From NCBI GenBank assembly GCA_009914755.4, contig CP068257.2, positions 37,824,001 through 37,888,000 on the forward strand: a stretch of DNA of 64,000 nucleotides, given 5' to 3'. The first letter of the stretch is position 1, and the number at the start of each line of letters is the position of its first letter. This DNA comes from the human T2T-CHM13v2.0 reference genome, Homo sapiens. A program made the translations under genes and the position numbers. Of this stretch, positions 12,804 through 27,466 are shown one piece after another. Under the pieces are notes generated by a model. It saw only the letters and a program-made list of their open reading frames with translations, had not been told where the DNA came from and ran no database searches.

Positions 12804-14329
12804 TGAATAACTTAGGGTTGGAAATATGGCCAACGTTGGCCTTCAGTTTCTTTTTTGTGTGTAGTCAGCTGTGGCTCTGCAATAAGTATGTGCGCCCTTT
12901 GCTTTCTGCATTTGATTTCATAGTGTTGAAAAAGCATGGAAAGGGTGTAATCTGGATGGCTGGGTGTGAAAAGGGATTCGAGTAAGGAGGCGTGCTTGAC
13001 ACTAGAATTTTTAACATGTGATTTGTGTTGTGTTGCCTTGTGAATATCATAGAAGCAGGGACTTTTTTGTATGTGTTTCTGCCATTCATTCTGCAAGGCT
13101 TAAACTAATTTAAAATTGTAAATAAATGATACTTTGTGTAACACTGTTTGGAGCGGATGATGAACCAGATTGCTAAAATGACTCTGGGGTGTAATCACTT
13201 GTATATGCCATGTAATGATGTAACCATACTGAAAGTGTAAAGTTAGCATGTGTAATCCATTGTTTGAGGAAAGTGATGTCACAGTGACCAGAGCAGACAT
13301 CTCTCAGGCCACAGTTATAAACACTCCAGGCATTCAGACGGCCCCAAAATAAGAGCTGAAAGCCGACCTTCATAACCAGTGCTTTGTCTAATTTTCTTGA
13401 GACCATCTACCTCTTCAATTCTGGCCTTCATTCTGTGCAAGCTGGACCTGCCGTAAGAAATAGGGGTGATGAAGTGACACATTTCTCTTTGGAAATGGGT
13501 CAGACTTTGATTTTAGGCTTGAACCTATATAGTGTCTGTCTGTCTGGAACTGATATTTCGACCAGCATTTTAGCAGCAGTTAGGAAGGCTGTGGAGAGAA
13601 AAAACAGTTTTATTAAACCCAAGAGTTAGAGACCAGCAAGGCGGCTGTTCCTTTTATATCTAGTTTCTGGAGGATCTCAGGTTTCGGCTGGGATTTCAGC
13701 AGCCACTCTGCCAGAAACAGTACCCAGAGTAAGCCATTGGCTGGGGTGACAGCCCCAAAGGCAGCCGCTGAGTGCCACCACTCCCAGCCCCGAAAGTTCA
13801 TGAGGTTTCCAGAGAGGGTGAGAAGAAAGCAAGAGAAAATAGCTTGGCTGTCCCTTTTGCTAAGTACAACTGAGCAGCTATTGTTTTAGTGATCTCTAGA
13901 ACAAATTAGCCGAAAAAGATGAGAACACACTCCAAATGTGAAACTCTGCGAAATCTTTTGTGGCTATTGATGACTGCTGAAACTTTCAGTTGATCTAGAA
14001 GGAGTAAATTTTTTGGCTATTGGATAAAAAATTTTTTTGGGGGGGAAAATGGTTTTGGTGGGCTCTAAATACGTTGTTGATGCTCATTGCTAAAAACTTT
14101 ACCTCTTACCAGCCAGTCCTCTATATATTCTGTAGACCTGGTCTACATATTCTTCAGAAGACAATCAATAAGTTAATGGATTTTTAAGGTTTATTTGATG
14201 TCCTGTGTTCTTGAAGTTTGGGCCCATAATTTAGTTAGCTTCGGATGACCCGGAGAGGCAATGTTCATCCCAGGGTCTTGGAAAAGCCATTAGTTTTGGT
14301 TCCCTAAGCAAATGTTTCAGTGCCACTTG

Positions 14330-14500
14330 TAACTGTATGACCTTGGGAAAGTTATTTCACCTTGTTAAGCCTCAATTTCCTTGTCTGTAAAATGAGGATA
14401 AGAATAGTGCCTACATCATAGTGTTGTCATGAGGACTGATGAAATGATGTGCGTGGGTGCCCCGCATGGTGTCAAGTGTTTATCAGCACTCAAGAAATAT
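14330..14500 (+). mobile_element. MIR SINE
   Basis: ctgtatgaccttgggaaagttatttcaccttgttaagcctcaatttccttgtctgtaaaatgaggataagaatagtgcctacatcatagtgttgtcatgaggactgatgaaatgat matches the MIR consensus core. Confidence 0.75.
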
Positions 14501-14660
14501 TCTAATGATTAGTGAATGTTATTTATACTTACTAGCTGCTATTAGTTAATATTAGTTGCTACTATAATTGTTATTATTAGTTAGTTAATGAATATTAATT
14601 AGGATTTCAGTTACAATTATTAGTTACTATAATTATTAGCTAATATTATTTAGTAGATCG
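14490..14660. repeat. AT-rich low-complexity (TAGTTA/ATTAG-type) simple repeat
   Basis: tagctgctattagttaatattagttgctactataattgttattattagttagttaatgaatattaattagg...attagttactataattattagctaatattatttag. Confidence 0.7.
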
Positions 14661-15559
14661 GGGTCTATGATCAGTATGTGTGAGAAGAATTTTCCAGAAC
14701 CACATACATGGGAGAATTTCTGCCTTAGCCGTAAGAATGAGAATTGATTATCCCTGCGGTGTCAGTGCTAATGATTTTTCATGGGTAGAGAAATTTCACT
14801 CAAAACTTCTTGGCAGGAAAACCCTAGAGTGGCTTCTTGTGCCCATGCTACTGTGTGGCAGTCAGTCTGCCAAGCCTTTCCTACTTATTTCTTCAGCCTG
14901 TACATTTAAAAAATGGATTCTTGCCTGATACCTCATCAGTAAGGGCATTCTGACTTCTGTTGGTTGAATGAAATAAATGAGAAAGGAAAAGCAAATTGTA
15001 ATCTCCTTATGAGGAATTAAATACATGCAGCTGTGTATTACATCTCAATTTTAATAGTTGACTTCAAAGAGCTGTGGCACATTTTACCACGTTCTGGACG
15101 GATTTGGGTTAAGAGACCCTGGGGAGCAGGAGAGGGCGCGTGACTTCTTCTAGGACCCTCCTCTCTTCCAGAAGGCCACAGTGGGGCAGGGGGGACAAAG
15201 GGAGAGAGGACAGTCCCTGCCGTCTCCAAGATGCACAGCCCCTGGAACCGATCTTTAAGGACAGACCCTCATAGTGGCTCTTGGGCTTCACAGTCCTTTC
15301 TCCATTTTGACTGACAGTGTAAATATCGTGGGAAAAATATGACTCTTGAATTAGATCGTTGAGTGTCATTCTTGGAAAATTCATTCATTTATTGGAGCCT
15401 CAGCATTGTTATAAAATAGCCATCCAAATACCTACCTAGATGGCCCGTGTGACAGTGCACTGGGATGGTAGTGTGCTATGTGGTGCCTGACAGTGCAGGT
15501 TTTCAGCCTAAGGTACAAAATGCTTTTCCATGCATCATCTTCTTCAGTTCCCACCAAAA

Positions 15560-15715
15560 CACTGTGAGGAAGGCATTGTTACATCCAGTTTGCAGATGAA
15601 GAAATTGGAGATCAGAGCCCTTGCTCAGAAAGCAGCCTTCCAAGCTAGGATGGAAACACAGGTCGTCTCTGGCTCGAATCCAGTGTGCTTTATACTACAG
15701 TACAGTGATCTCAGT
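15560..15715 (-). mobile_element. MIR SINE
   Basis: tttgcagatgaagaaattggagatcagagcccttgctcagaaagcagc...tctggctcgaatccagtgtgctttatactacag is reverse-complement MIR (ttacagatgaggaaactgaggcacagag...gggattcgaacccagg). Confidence 0.75.
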
Positions 15716-17159
15716 TGGAAAGTCTCCTAACTGTACAAGACAATAAACGAGAGGTGCCAAGTGAGTGGCAATAAGAGGTGCTGCTGTCAGATCACTCTGA
15801 CACAGTCTAGTAGCTAACAGTGTCTGGGTGACTTTAGGACAGAGAACAATACTTTCTTATAAGTAAATGTAACAGGATAGGAAAACGGAGCTCTCTGAGT
15901 CTTCACTGAGGTCCCAAAGGCTCCAAACAATGACACACACCCCAAATACCCCCAGATCCTGTAGAGCCACTACTCAGGACAGACAGTGCAGCCTGGGGGG
16001 CCAGCATGGGCCATGGCACCCTGGAGGGTGGAGAAGGGGCAAAGGGGGAGAGGTGAAGAGTAGGAGTGTGTCCATGATGGGAACTGATGGGGTGCTATGC
16101 ACACCCCTCCCTCTGGGCCATAAAGAGATGGACTCTTCCAAGAGCTGATACTGTGTCCCTGGGAGTCAGCTCAGCAGGCGCTGTGAGGAGCTGCACTTTG
16201 CAGGCCCACAGGAGCTCCTTGATCAGGGACCCTGCAAGGGGGAGGATTTTGGAGGAGAGGGGCCCCATGCTAGAGCCAGGGCACAGGGGTGCAGCAAGAC
16301 GACAGTGCCGGCCAGGTTAGCTCATGTGCTCACTCCCCTCTTCCCTCCTCTGGCCTGGATCCTAAGACCCTTTTCTGCAGGCTCCCAGCCCAGGCAGAAC
16401 TCAAGTGCCCTGAATAGCGTGATAAGCAATGCACTGGGCTCTGTTTAAATGACTAGTGTTTGGGGGATTACAGGGGGCAAACAGATTTCATTTTTCTTCT
16501 TCTTTTTCTCCTTTTTTGGGGATGAGGGCTGAGAAATGGCACTTAACACAATGCCATGCGTCCAACAGTCCCGCAATGGACCTGGATGCAATTGCCTGTC
16601 TTGTGAAGCTTAATCGCAAGCATGGTCTTCCCTTCCCATTGTCTCCATCTCTTTTTGCCTTTCTAATAGAAGAAACATAAGTCAAGACTTTTGGAAATAT
16701 TTTTCATCTATTCCAAAATTATGGAATAAAATATAGCTTTTTTCCCATCCCACATCAAGCCCTGAGGCATGGTTGATAGAAATAATGTTGGTGAGGTGGC
16801 TTGGACCTGGGCCAGCTGCCTCCCAGGCCAATTCGTGCTCCCAAGAGGGTATCTTAGAAGGCTTTGGAGAAAGAGCAGACAGGGGTTTGGACCGAATAAA
16901 GGAGTTGCCTTCTGAATAGTTAATTAAAAGTAAAACTGCCTAAAATGAAGGCATCTCTACTCTTTGAAACAGCAAAGTCGTCTCTGAAAAGATGTAAGGG
17001 AATAAGTGCTTTATAAAATGGCGTGAATAGTTATGGACAGGTTGGAAAAGATGTGTAGAGAATGCGATTAATTAAAACGATGATTTAGTCCAACAACCTG
17101 TCATCAGGTCTGATGGGATTTTGTAATGTTGAAAATTCAGCCGTGAAGCTGTGGAATTT

Positions 17160-17255
17160 GGAGCAGTTTCCATGTGGGCTAGCAGTTTCCGTGCGGGGTA
17201 GCAGTTTCCATGCGGGGTAGCAGATTCCATGCGGGGTAGCAGATCTATGTGCCAG
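17160..17255. repeat. 19-bp minisatellite, about 5 copies (GCGGGGTAGCAGTTTCCAT)
   Basis: gagcagtttccat gtgggctagcagtttccgt gcggggtagcagtttccat gcggggtagcagattccat gcggggtagcagatctatg. Confidence 0.85.
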
Positions 17256-17745
17256 GCATCCACGGCACAGCTGTGGGAGGAGGGCACCTTGGTGGGGAGC
17301 ACGCACCTCCTCCTTTGGTTCTCATAGGCCTGATCCTGGGGAATTACCAGAGTCCATATGCCAGAAGTTTAAGAGAAATTCCATCATTCCACACCTTTCT
17401 GTCTATCTATATTTATTTGTCCGTGCTTGCCCCAAACTGCAGTACCTTTGTTGGCCTGAGTCTTACAGATTGAGTAAGTGTTGTGTTGTGGCAAACAGAG
17501 CCTTTAATTTATTGATCCACTGTCTTTAGTTCCATTGTCTTTTTTATATTGATGGTATAAGTGTTAATTAAATTAAATGCGTGATTACCATTTATATAAG
17601 TTTATATGTGATTTGTATACTTATTTATATAAAATTTTATAATATATATTGACTGTCAATTTTGTTTTAAAAATTAACATAGTAAATATAAAATTTAAAA
17701 AAATTAAGAATTACTTGATATTAATTTATATTATATACCATATAT

Positions 17746-18221
17746 AATCAAATCACCATCAAGACCAAATTATATATAAATCATATAAATTATGTATATT
17801 ATGTAAGTTATATTACATTATATTATATAAATTATATAAAAATCATATATAGTTAAATATAAAAATCTTATATGATTATTATATTATATTGTTATATATA
17901 AAAGTCATATATAAGATTATTATAGTTACATATATAAATCTTATTATATATAAGATTATTATATATTATATAGTTACATCTATAAATCTTATATATAAGA
18001 TTATTATATATTATATAGTTATATATAAATCTTATATATAAGATTATTATATATTATATAGTTATATATAAATCTTATGTATAAGATTATATATTATATA
18101 GTTATATATATAAATCTTATATATATGATTATTATATATTATATAGTTATATATAAATCTTATATATAAGATTATTATATATTATATAGTTATATAATTT
18201 GGTCTTGGAGGTGATTTGGTT
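17746..18221. repeat. AT-rich minisatellite (about 43-bp units with an 18-bp perfect palindrome AATCTTATATATAAGATT) bounded by 31-bp inverted repeats
   Basis: Left terminus aatcaaatcaccatcaagaccaaattatata at about 17746-17776. Right terminus tatataatttggtcttggaggtgatttggtt at about 18191-18221 is its reverse complement with 2 mismatches in 31. The interior is repeated units ...aaatcttatatataagattattatatattatatagttatatat..., 6-7 well-conserved copies at 17930-18190. The wider 17560-18221 region is more than 85% A+T. Confidence 0.8.
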
Positions 18222-18275
18222 CTAGGGCTTAAGTATCCAGATTTGTCTTACCTTTCCTTATATTATGAAACACCC

Positions 18276-18595
18276 AGCCGGGCACTGTGGGTCTTGCCTG
18301 TAATCCCAGCACTTTAGGAGGCTGAGGCAGGTGGATCACTTGAGCCCAGGATTTTGAGACCAGCCTGGGCAGCATGGTGAAACTCCATCTCTACCAAAAA
18401 TTAGCCAGACGTGGTGGTGTGCGTCCATAGTGCCAGCTATTCGGGAGGCTGAGGTGGGAGAATCACTTGACCCTGGGGAGATTGAGACTGCAGTGAGCCA
18501 AGATCGTGCCACTGCGCTCCAGCCTGGGCAACAGAGGGAGACCCTGTGTCAAAAGAAAAAACAAGAAACAAAAAAAACAAGAAACAAAAAACCCC
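18276..18595 (+). mobile_element. Alu (full length)
   Basis: agccgggcactgtgggtcttgcctgtaatcccagcactttaggaggctgaggcaggtggatcacttgagcccagg ... A-rich tail. Confidence 0.9.
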
Positions 18596-18940
18596 AAACA
18601 AAGAAACACCCTAACACCCTATACATGAGTCATTAAATTTGTCAAAAGTGAATAAAATAGATATTTTGGTTTACATGTCTCTAAGAAAGGAGTTGAGTTT
18701 AGTTAAAAGAGGGTTTGCATCCAGATATTAGATTTGGGATAGACATGTACCTTTTACAGCGTTTGTTTGAAACCCTCAAAGTGTAGTCCTTCTTGTAAAC
18801 AAGGCACATGAAAATGACAAGGGGCTCTTGTGCTCTGTAAAACATTTTTGTGAGTTGTTTTTATATGAGATGGTATTCTATTCAGAAGACTTTTAAAAAA
18901 TTGAGATATTAGATACTGTCATGTCAAAGAAAATTTTTAA

Positions 18941-19695
<755 letters not shown>

Positions 19696-19760
19696 TAAGA
19701 ATCTGTTCACATGAAGGACTTGGCACAATGTCTTGTGCAAAGTAGAGAGTCAATAAATAA

Positions 19761-20151
<391 letters not shown>

Positions 20152-20496
20152 TTTTTCTTTCTTTCTTTCTTTTTCTTTCTGACAGGGTCTTGTTCTATTG
20201 CCAAGGCAGGAGTGCAGTGATGTGATCATAGCTCATTGCAGCCTCCACCTCCCAGGCTCAAGTGATCTTCCCACCTCTTGAGTAGCTGGGACTACAGGCA
20301 TGCACCACCACACCTGTCTAATTTTTAAATTTTTTGTAGAGATGTGGTCTCTACAAAAACTTTTTGTAGAGGCCCCATCTCGACAAAAATTTGTTTGCCC
20401 AGGCTGGCTGGTCTTGACCTCCTGGGCTCAAGTGATTCTTCCACTTTCAGCCTCCCAAAGTGCTGGGATTATAGGTGTGAGCCACTGCACCTGGTC
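20152..20496 (-). mobile_element. Alu (full length, with internal insertion), directly abutting the previous Alu
   Basis: (TTTC)n then gacagggtcttgttctattgccaaggcaggagtgcagtgatgtgatcatagctcattgcagcc ... gagccactgcacctggtc. Confidence 0.85.
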
Positions 20497-21112
20497 TGAT
20501 TACACTTTTTGTAAGTTTCTCCCTGTGGTTATTAAAATGGGGTCCACACAGTCTGCTGTAACTTATTTGCCAGTGTTTATAAAAGATGGCATCATACATT
20601 TTCAGGAGTGAATTCTTTGAAGAGAGAAAATTGTAATTGCTTTTGTAATTGTTTATGGGGAAGGAGTTCTAAGTGTGAGAGATGGCCACGTTGGTAAGAA
20701 ATGGCTACTGGCAGATACAGTCATTACGTGTTACACAGGTAGAGAAAGGACATTCAACCATGTTCCCTTAGGTGTGGCTGCACTGAACTCAGAGAGGAGC
20801 CAGGTGTGAGTAGGAAAGGAGGAATCTGTGGGAGAAAAGGGTTGTTTTGTTGTGTGGCTTTTTTATGTGCTGGGAGAAACATCCTCCAGCTTTTTCTAGC
20901 CTCTGCTTGTGCCCTTCCCCTCCAGTAGTCTCTATGTGAGCTTTTTAATCTCCTGTAATATTTCTAAAGCTACTTTTAGTTCAATGTGACTAATACTCTT
21001 ATTTTCATAACTGAATGAAATGCATTTTAGTGTGGGTATACTTGATATTTGAATTTCATAGTAAAGCATCTTTTTTATTTTATTATTTTGCTTTATTTTT
21101 TAAAAATTAAAC

Positions 21113-21395
21113 TAAAAAATTTTTTTTGAGACAGAGTCTCACTCTGTCGCCCAGGCTGGAGTGCAGGGCTTACTGCAACCTCCGCCTCCCAGGTTCAAGT
21201 GATTCTACTGCCTCAGCCTCCCGAGTAGCAGAGATTTCAGGCGCATGCCACCACGCCTGGGTAATTTTTGTATGTTTAGTAGAGATGGGGTTTCACCATG
21301 TTGGTCAGGCTGGTCTCGAACTCCTGACCTCGTGATCCACCCACCTTGGCCTCCCAAAGTGTTGGGATTACAGGTGTGAGCCACCGCACCCAGCC
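21113..21395 (-). mobile_element. Alu
   Basis: ttttttttgagacagagtctcactctgtcgcccaggctggagtgcagggcttactgcaacc ... gagccaccgcacccagcc. Confidence 0.9.
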
Positions 21396-21427
21396 TTCTA
21401 TTCTTCTTTAAACAAAATTTTTATTTT

Positions 21428-21580
21428 ATTTTTAAGAGACAGGGTCCCGCTTTGTCACCCAAGCTGGAGTGCAGTGGCATGATCAGCACACTGTAACCTC
21501 GAACTCCTGGGCTCAAGCAATCCTTTTGTCTCAGCCTTCCAAAATGCTGGGATTATAGGCGTGAGCCACATTGTCTGGCC
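21428..21580 (-). mobile_element. Alu fragment (monomer-sized)
   Basis: agagacagggtcccgctttgtcacccaagctggagtgcagtggcatgatcagcacactgtaacctcgaactcctgggctcaagcaatcc...gagccacattgtctggcc. Confidence 0.7.
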
Positions 21581-21668
21581 TCTTTTTTCTCTTCTTTCCC
21601 TTTTCCCAATCCCTTGTCTTCCCAATTCTGACTTACTTTTTGGCCATTAAAGCTTTGCAAAAAATTAA

Positions 21669-22062
<394 letters not shown>

Positions 22063-22464
22063 TGTTTGTAGATCTTAATTGGCTTTTGTGATTCCAGAAT
22101 CTGGCAGCAGTCAGACCAAAAAATGGTTCACAAAGCTCTGCCCCACCACACGTGCAGGTTATATTTATCGCCAGAGAAAAGGAAATAACATTCAGAAAAA
22201 GGATGTGAGGTACAGACAGCTAGGTTGGGTTATAACTCAGTATTTGCCTTATTTGAAAGTGGTTTGAACAGTTGGCCGCCTGTGATTGGCTGAAGCTTGT
22301 CTGCTGTCAATGACTGAAACTCAGCTCTGGTTACAAAGGCAAATTTCTAGTTAGGTTTTCAGTTTGTTTATGTACTAAGCTAGGTTGCAGTTCATTACCT
22401 AGGACTCCTATGGAGTCTTCTAAAGCCCAAATTTAGTTTTAACAGTTGATTATACAATAATTAA

Positions 22465-22791
<327 letters not shown>

Positions 22792-22980
22792 TAAGCATTG
22801 ATGATACTAAAATTTCAGAATTTAAATAGTCATTTGGTTGACCCTTTATAACAAAGAGGTGTGATTCTATTATTTTCCTTGTTTGAATACTTAACAAAAT
22901 TATTTGTGTTGTATAGTATAACTAGAGGAAGGATTTAATTTTTGTAAATGTAAGCAAAATATTTTTCATAAACAGCCTAA

Positions 22981-23205
<225 letters not shown>

Positions 23206-23537
23206 TAAAAATCCTGCTGTGTGTGTGTTTATTAGAAATTTTCTAAAGCAGATTAAGTTTGAGTCAGCATTTGAAATTATTCACAACTGTCAGGTCATGG
23301 TCTATTTCTGCCATCCAATAGCTGGATGGTAGATCCGTTATGAATAATCAATATTTAAGATTTAGAAAAGGACAGAAACAATATCATGATGATTCAGAAG
23401 TTTTGGGGATTATTTCAGGTTCTTTGTTTTATTTTGAAGAATTGAGGTCACATGTTCAGAAAATACATACATTTAGCTAGGAATTCTGTTCAGCCTTGCA
23501 GTGTGCACACACGTGTATCTGCAGAGGAACATGGTAA

Positions 23538-23808
23538 GTTTTCTCTGTCGCCCAGGCTGGAGTGTAGTGGTGCAATCATGGCTCACTGCAGCCTCTTTCT
23601 CTTGGGCTCAAGCGATCCTCTCACTTCAGCCTCTTGAGTAGCTGGGACTGCAGGAGTGCAGTACTCCACCCAGCTAATTTCTAAATTTTTTGTAGAGACA
23701 GGGTCTCCCTATGTTGCCCAGGCTGCTCTGGAACTCCTGGCCTCAAGTGATCCTCCTGCCTTGGCCTCCCAAAGTGCTGGGACTACAGGTGTGAGCCACG
23801 GTGCCCAG
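23538..23808 (-). mobile_element. Alu (lacks poly-T end)
   Basis: ctctgtcgcccaggctggagtgtagtggtgcaatcatggctcactgcagcc ... gagccacggtgcccagc. Confidence 0.85.
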
Positions 23809-24856
23809 CAAGTTTTCACTTTTATAAAATTGATTTGTAGAAATAAAGTCTTACTATAGATACAAGATACATTTGTGTAACTTTAATTAGTTTGAAAACT
23901 GTTCTGGGCATTTTGGTTATAACAACAATTTTGTTTTATACATTTGATAGTTCATTTCACCATGAGATCACTTTTTTTCCCCAGAGTTTATAGATCATAC
24001 TTAATAAATCAAGTCGTTGGAAAGAAATATTTTTAAAAAAGGACTTCAGAATATGAGAACTGAAAATTAACTTAGAGGTCATCTAAGCCATCTAGGGTTT
24101 TTGCAGATGAGGAAATGAGAGCTGTGTGAAGTAGAGGGAATGTCTCAGCGCCATGCGCCTGGGACTGCTGGAGCCAGGTGGAGGAATCTTATCTGACCTC
24201 TTCTCTTGCTGCACAGAACTGCTGGTTCTTTAGGTTACTTTTTTAAAAAATTGTTTACTGCCACTGTCTGTTTTATAAATTTATAAATGAATGTCCACAC
24301 TCATTCATTTACCTATTGTCTGTGGCTGATTTAGCACCATGGCAGATTTGAATAGATGCAGCAGAGGCCATATGATCCACAAAGCCAAGAAGATTTACTA
24401 TCTGCTTGTTCACAGAAAAGTTTGCGGACCTCTCATTTGAAGGATGAATTGTGTAGTTGTTGGGGGCTTGTATTAGCTTCCTAGGGTTGCTGTATCAAAC
24501 TACCACACACACGGTGGCTAAAAGCAACAGAAATTTATTCTTTCACAGATCTGGAGACTGGAAGTTCGAAATCAAGATGTGGGTGCAGGGTTGGTTCCTT
24601 CTGAAGGCTCTGAGGGAGAATTCGTTCTATGCTTCTTTCCTAGCTTCTAAAGCTTGCCACCGGTTCTTAGCACTCCTTGGCTTATGGAAGTGTCTCTGAT
24701 CTCTGCCCTCATCCTCACATGGAGTGTGTCTCTCTGTGTTCACATGGCCTTCTCATAAGGACAGCAGTCATGGGAATAGGGCCCGCCCTCATCCAGTATG
24801 GCCCCATCTTAACTAATTACAACTACAAAGATCCTATTTCCAAATAAGGTAACCCT

Positions 24857-25153
<297 letters not shown>

Positions 25154-25624
25154 TAAAGTCACTTTCTGGGATTCCAGGCTGACATGGATTTATGGGGGAC
25201 ACTGTTCAGTCCAGCAGAGGGCTATACAAACTTATGTGGTTGTGTTAGCATTCTTCAGAGGCTTAACCAAAAGTCCTGTGGGTGTGGAAGTATTTTCAAA
25301 CAATCTTAATGTGGTAGCATATATTAAGGTGAACATGTGGTCCAGTTCAAATTCCTCCTCACCCCTCGCTCCTGTCCTACCCACATCTTCCCCACCTTCC
25401 TTTACCTGACCCACATTTCTCAAAATTGTGGCTCTTGTTGGATAAGGAAAGGGATAATATTTTTTTAGGGGGGATGGTGGTGATGAGGAATTTTATTTCT
25501 TATAAAATCATTTCTATTATATAATTGAAAAATTAATATATATGCCCACTGAAAAATTAAGGTGATTCAAAATGGTCTCTAGTGAAAATTATTCCCCTCC
25601 ATTTCTATTTATTATTTATTTATT

Positions 25625-25823
25625 TAAGAGAGAGAGTCTTGCTGTGTTGCCCAGGCTGGAGTGCAGTGGTGCAATCATGCCTGGGTAATTTTTAATTTTT
25701 AAAATTTTTTGTAGTGACAAAGGGGTCTCACTGTGTTGCCCAGGCTGGTCTTGAACACCTGGCCTCAGGCAAACTCCTGGCCTCCCAAAGTATTGGGATT
25801 ACAGGCATGAGCCACTGTGCCTG
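25625..25823 (-). mobile_element. Alu with internal deletion
   Basis: agagagagtcttgctgtgttgcccaggctggagtgcagtggtgcaatcatgcctgggtaattttt ... gagccactgtgcctgg. Confidence 0.75.
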
Positions 25824-26239
25824 GTATCCCCTCCAATTTCTGACCCCTGTCATTCTGGCTACCTTCCCCTGAGCCAGGCTGGCTCTGTGGGCCTGTGATC
25901 TGGGATACCACACAGGACCCCATCCACAGGAGGGCTCTGTACTTGTTTAATGTTCTCCTATTGCTGTCCTGAAATTCTCAACCATTTTTGAAGGAAGGGC
26001 CTCATGTTTTCATCTTGCACTGGCTCTTTTGAATTCTGTAGCTCGTCCTACTCTGAGGCAGCCAGTGTTGGCAATTTCGTGTTTGGGTTTGCAGAAATTT
26101 TATATGTAGATTTACAACTGAATGTCATTTAAAAAATCAGAGTGTATCATATACGACTTTGTTTTCTTGACTTAATAACTGCATCTCAGAGTTCACAGTA
26201 TAGCTGCCCATGCTTATTTTATTTGTTTTAATTTTATGA

Positions 26240-26516
<277 letters not shown>

Positions 26517-27093
26517 TGCCCCATATTTTAATGTCTGCAAAATGTTCCATTGTGTGTGACAATTTTTTGGCTTGGTCCTCTAATGAAAAACATTCAGGTT
26601 GTTTTCAGCCTCTCCCCCTTACAAACAGTGCTGTAGGAATTATCTTTATACATAACAGATCTTTGTATCCGGTATGAGTGTGTATATATATATGTAGGAT
26701 AAATTCCTGGAAGACATCTGAGTTAAAGTACATACGCGTCTCACATTTTGATCAATATTGGCAAATGCTCCTCTGTTGCAGTTGTACTAGTTTACATTTC
26801 CACCAGCTGAGTTTGAGAGTGGCTAGTTCTCCGTGACTTTGACAACACTGTGCATAGCATACTTTTGGAACTTTGACAATCTGTTTGGTAAAACATGAAT
26901 TCTCATTGCTTCTACCTGGATTTCTTTCTTTATGGGTAAATTGAACATCTTTTAAAACTACATTTATAAATTATCTGTGCTTTTTCTATGATTTACCTAT
27001 GCATATTCTTTGCTGTTTTCCAATTGGGTTATAGGTAATGTTTACTGGTTTGTAAGAGTCTTTGCATATGAAAGAAAGTAGCCCTTTGACCAT

Positions 27094-27466
27094 ATGTATT
27101 ACTTCATTCTCACGCTGCTAATAAAGACGTACCCAGGACTGGGTAATTTATAAAGGAAAGAGGTTTAATTGACTCACAGTTCAGCATGGCTGGAAAGGCC
27201 TCAGGAAACTTACAATCATGGTGGAATGGGAAGGAAGCATGCCCTTCTTCACATGACCACAGCAGAGAGAAGTGCAGAGTGAAGATGGGGAAAAGCCCCT
27301 TATAAAACCATCAGATCTCATGAGAACTCACTCACTATCATGAGAACAGCATGAGGGAACCACTCCCATAATTCAGTTACCTCTGACTGGGTCCCTTCTA
27401 TGAGACAGATTATGGGAACTACAATTCAAGATGAAATTTGGGTGGGGACACAGCCAAACCATATCA
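27094..27466 (-). mobile_element. MaLR solo LTR, THE1-type
   Basis: Reverse complement of the THE1 consensus. It begins tgtattacttcattctcacgctgctaataaagacgtacccaggactgggtaatttataaaggaaagaggtttaattgactcacagttc and ends ...gatgaaatttgggtggggacacagccaaaccatatca (the THE1 5' end TGATATGGTTTGGCTGTGTCCCCACCCAAATCTCATC in reverse complement). Confidence 0.8.
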
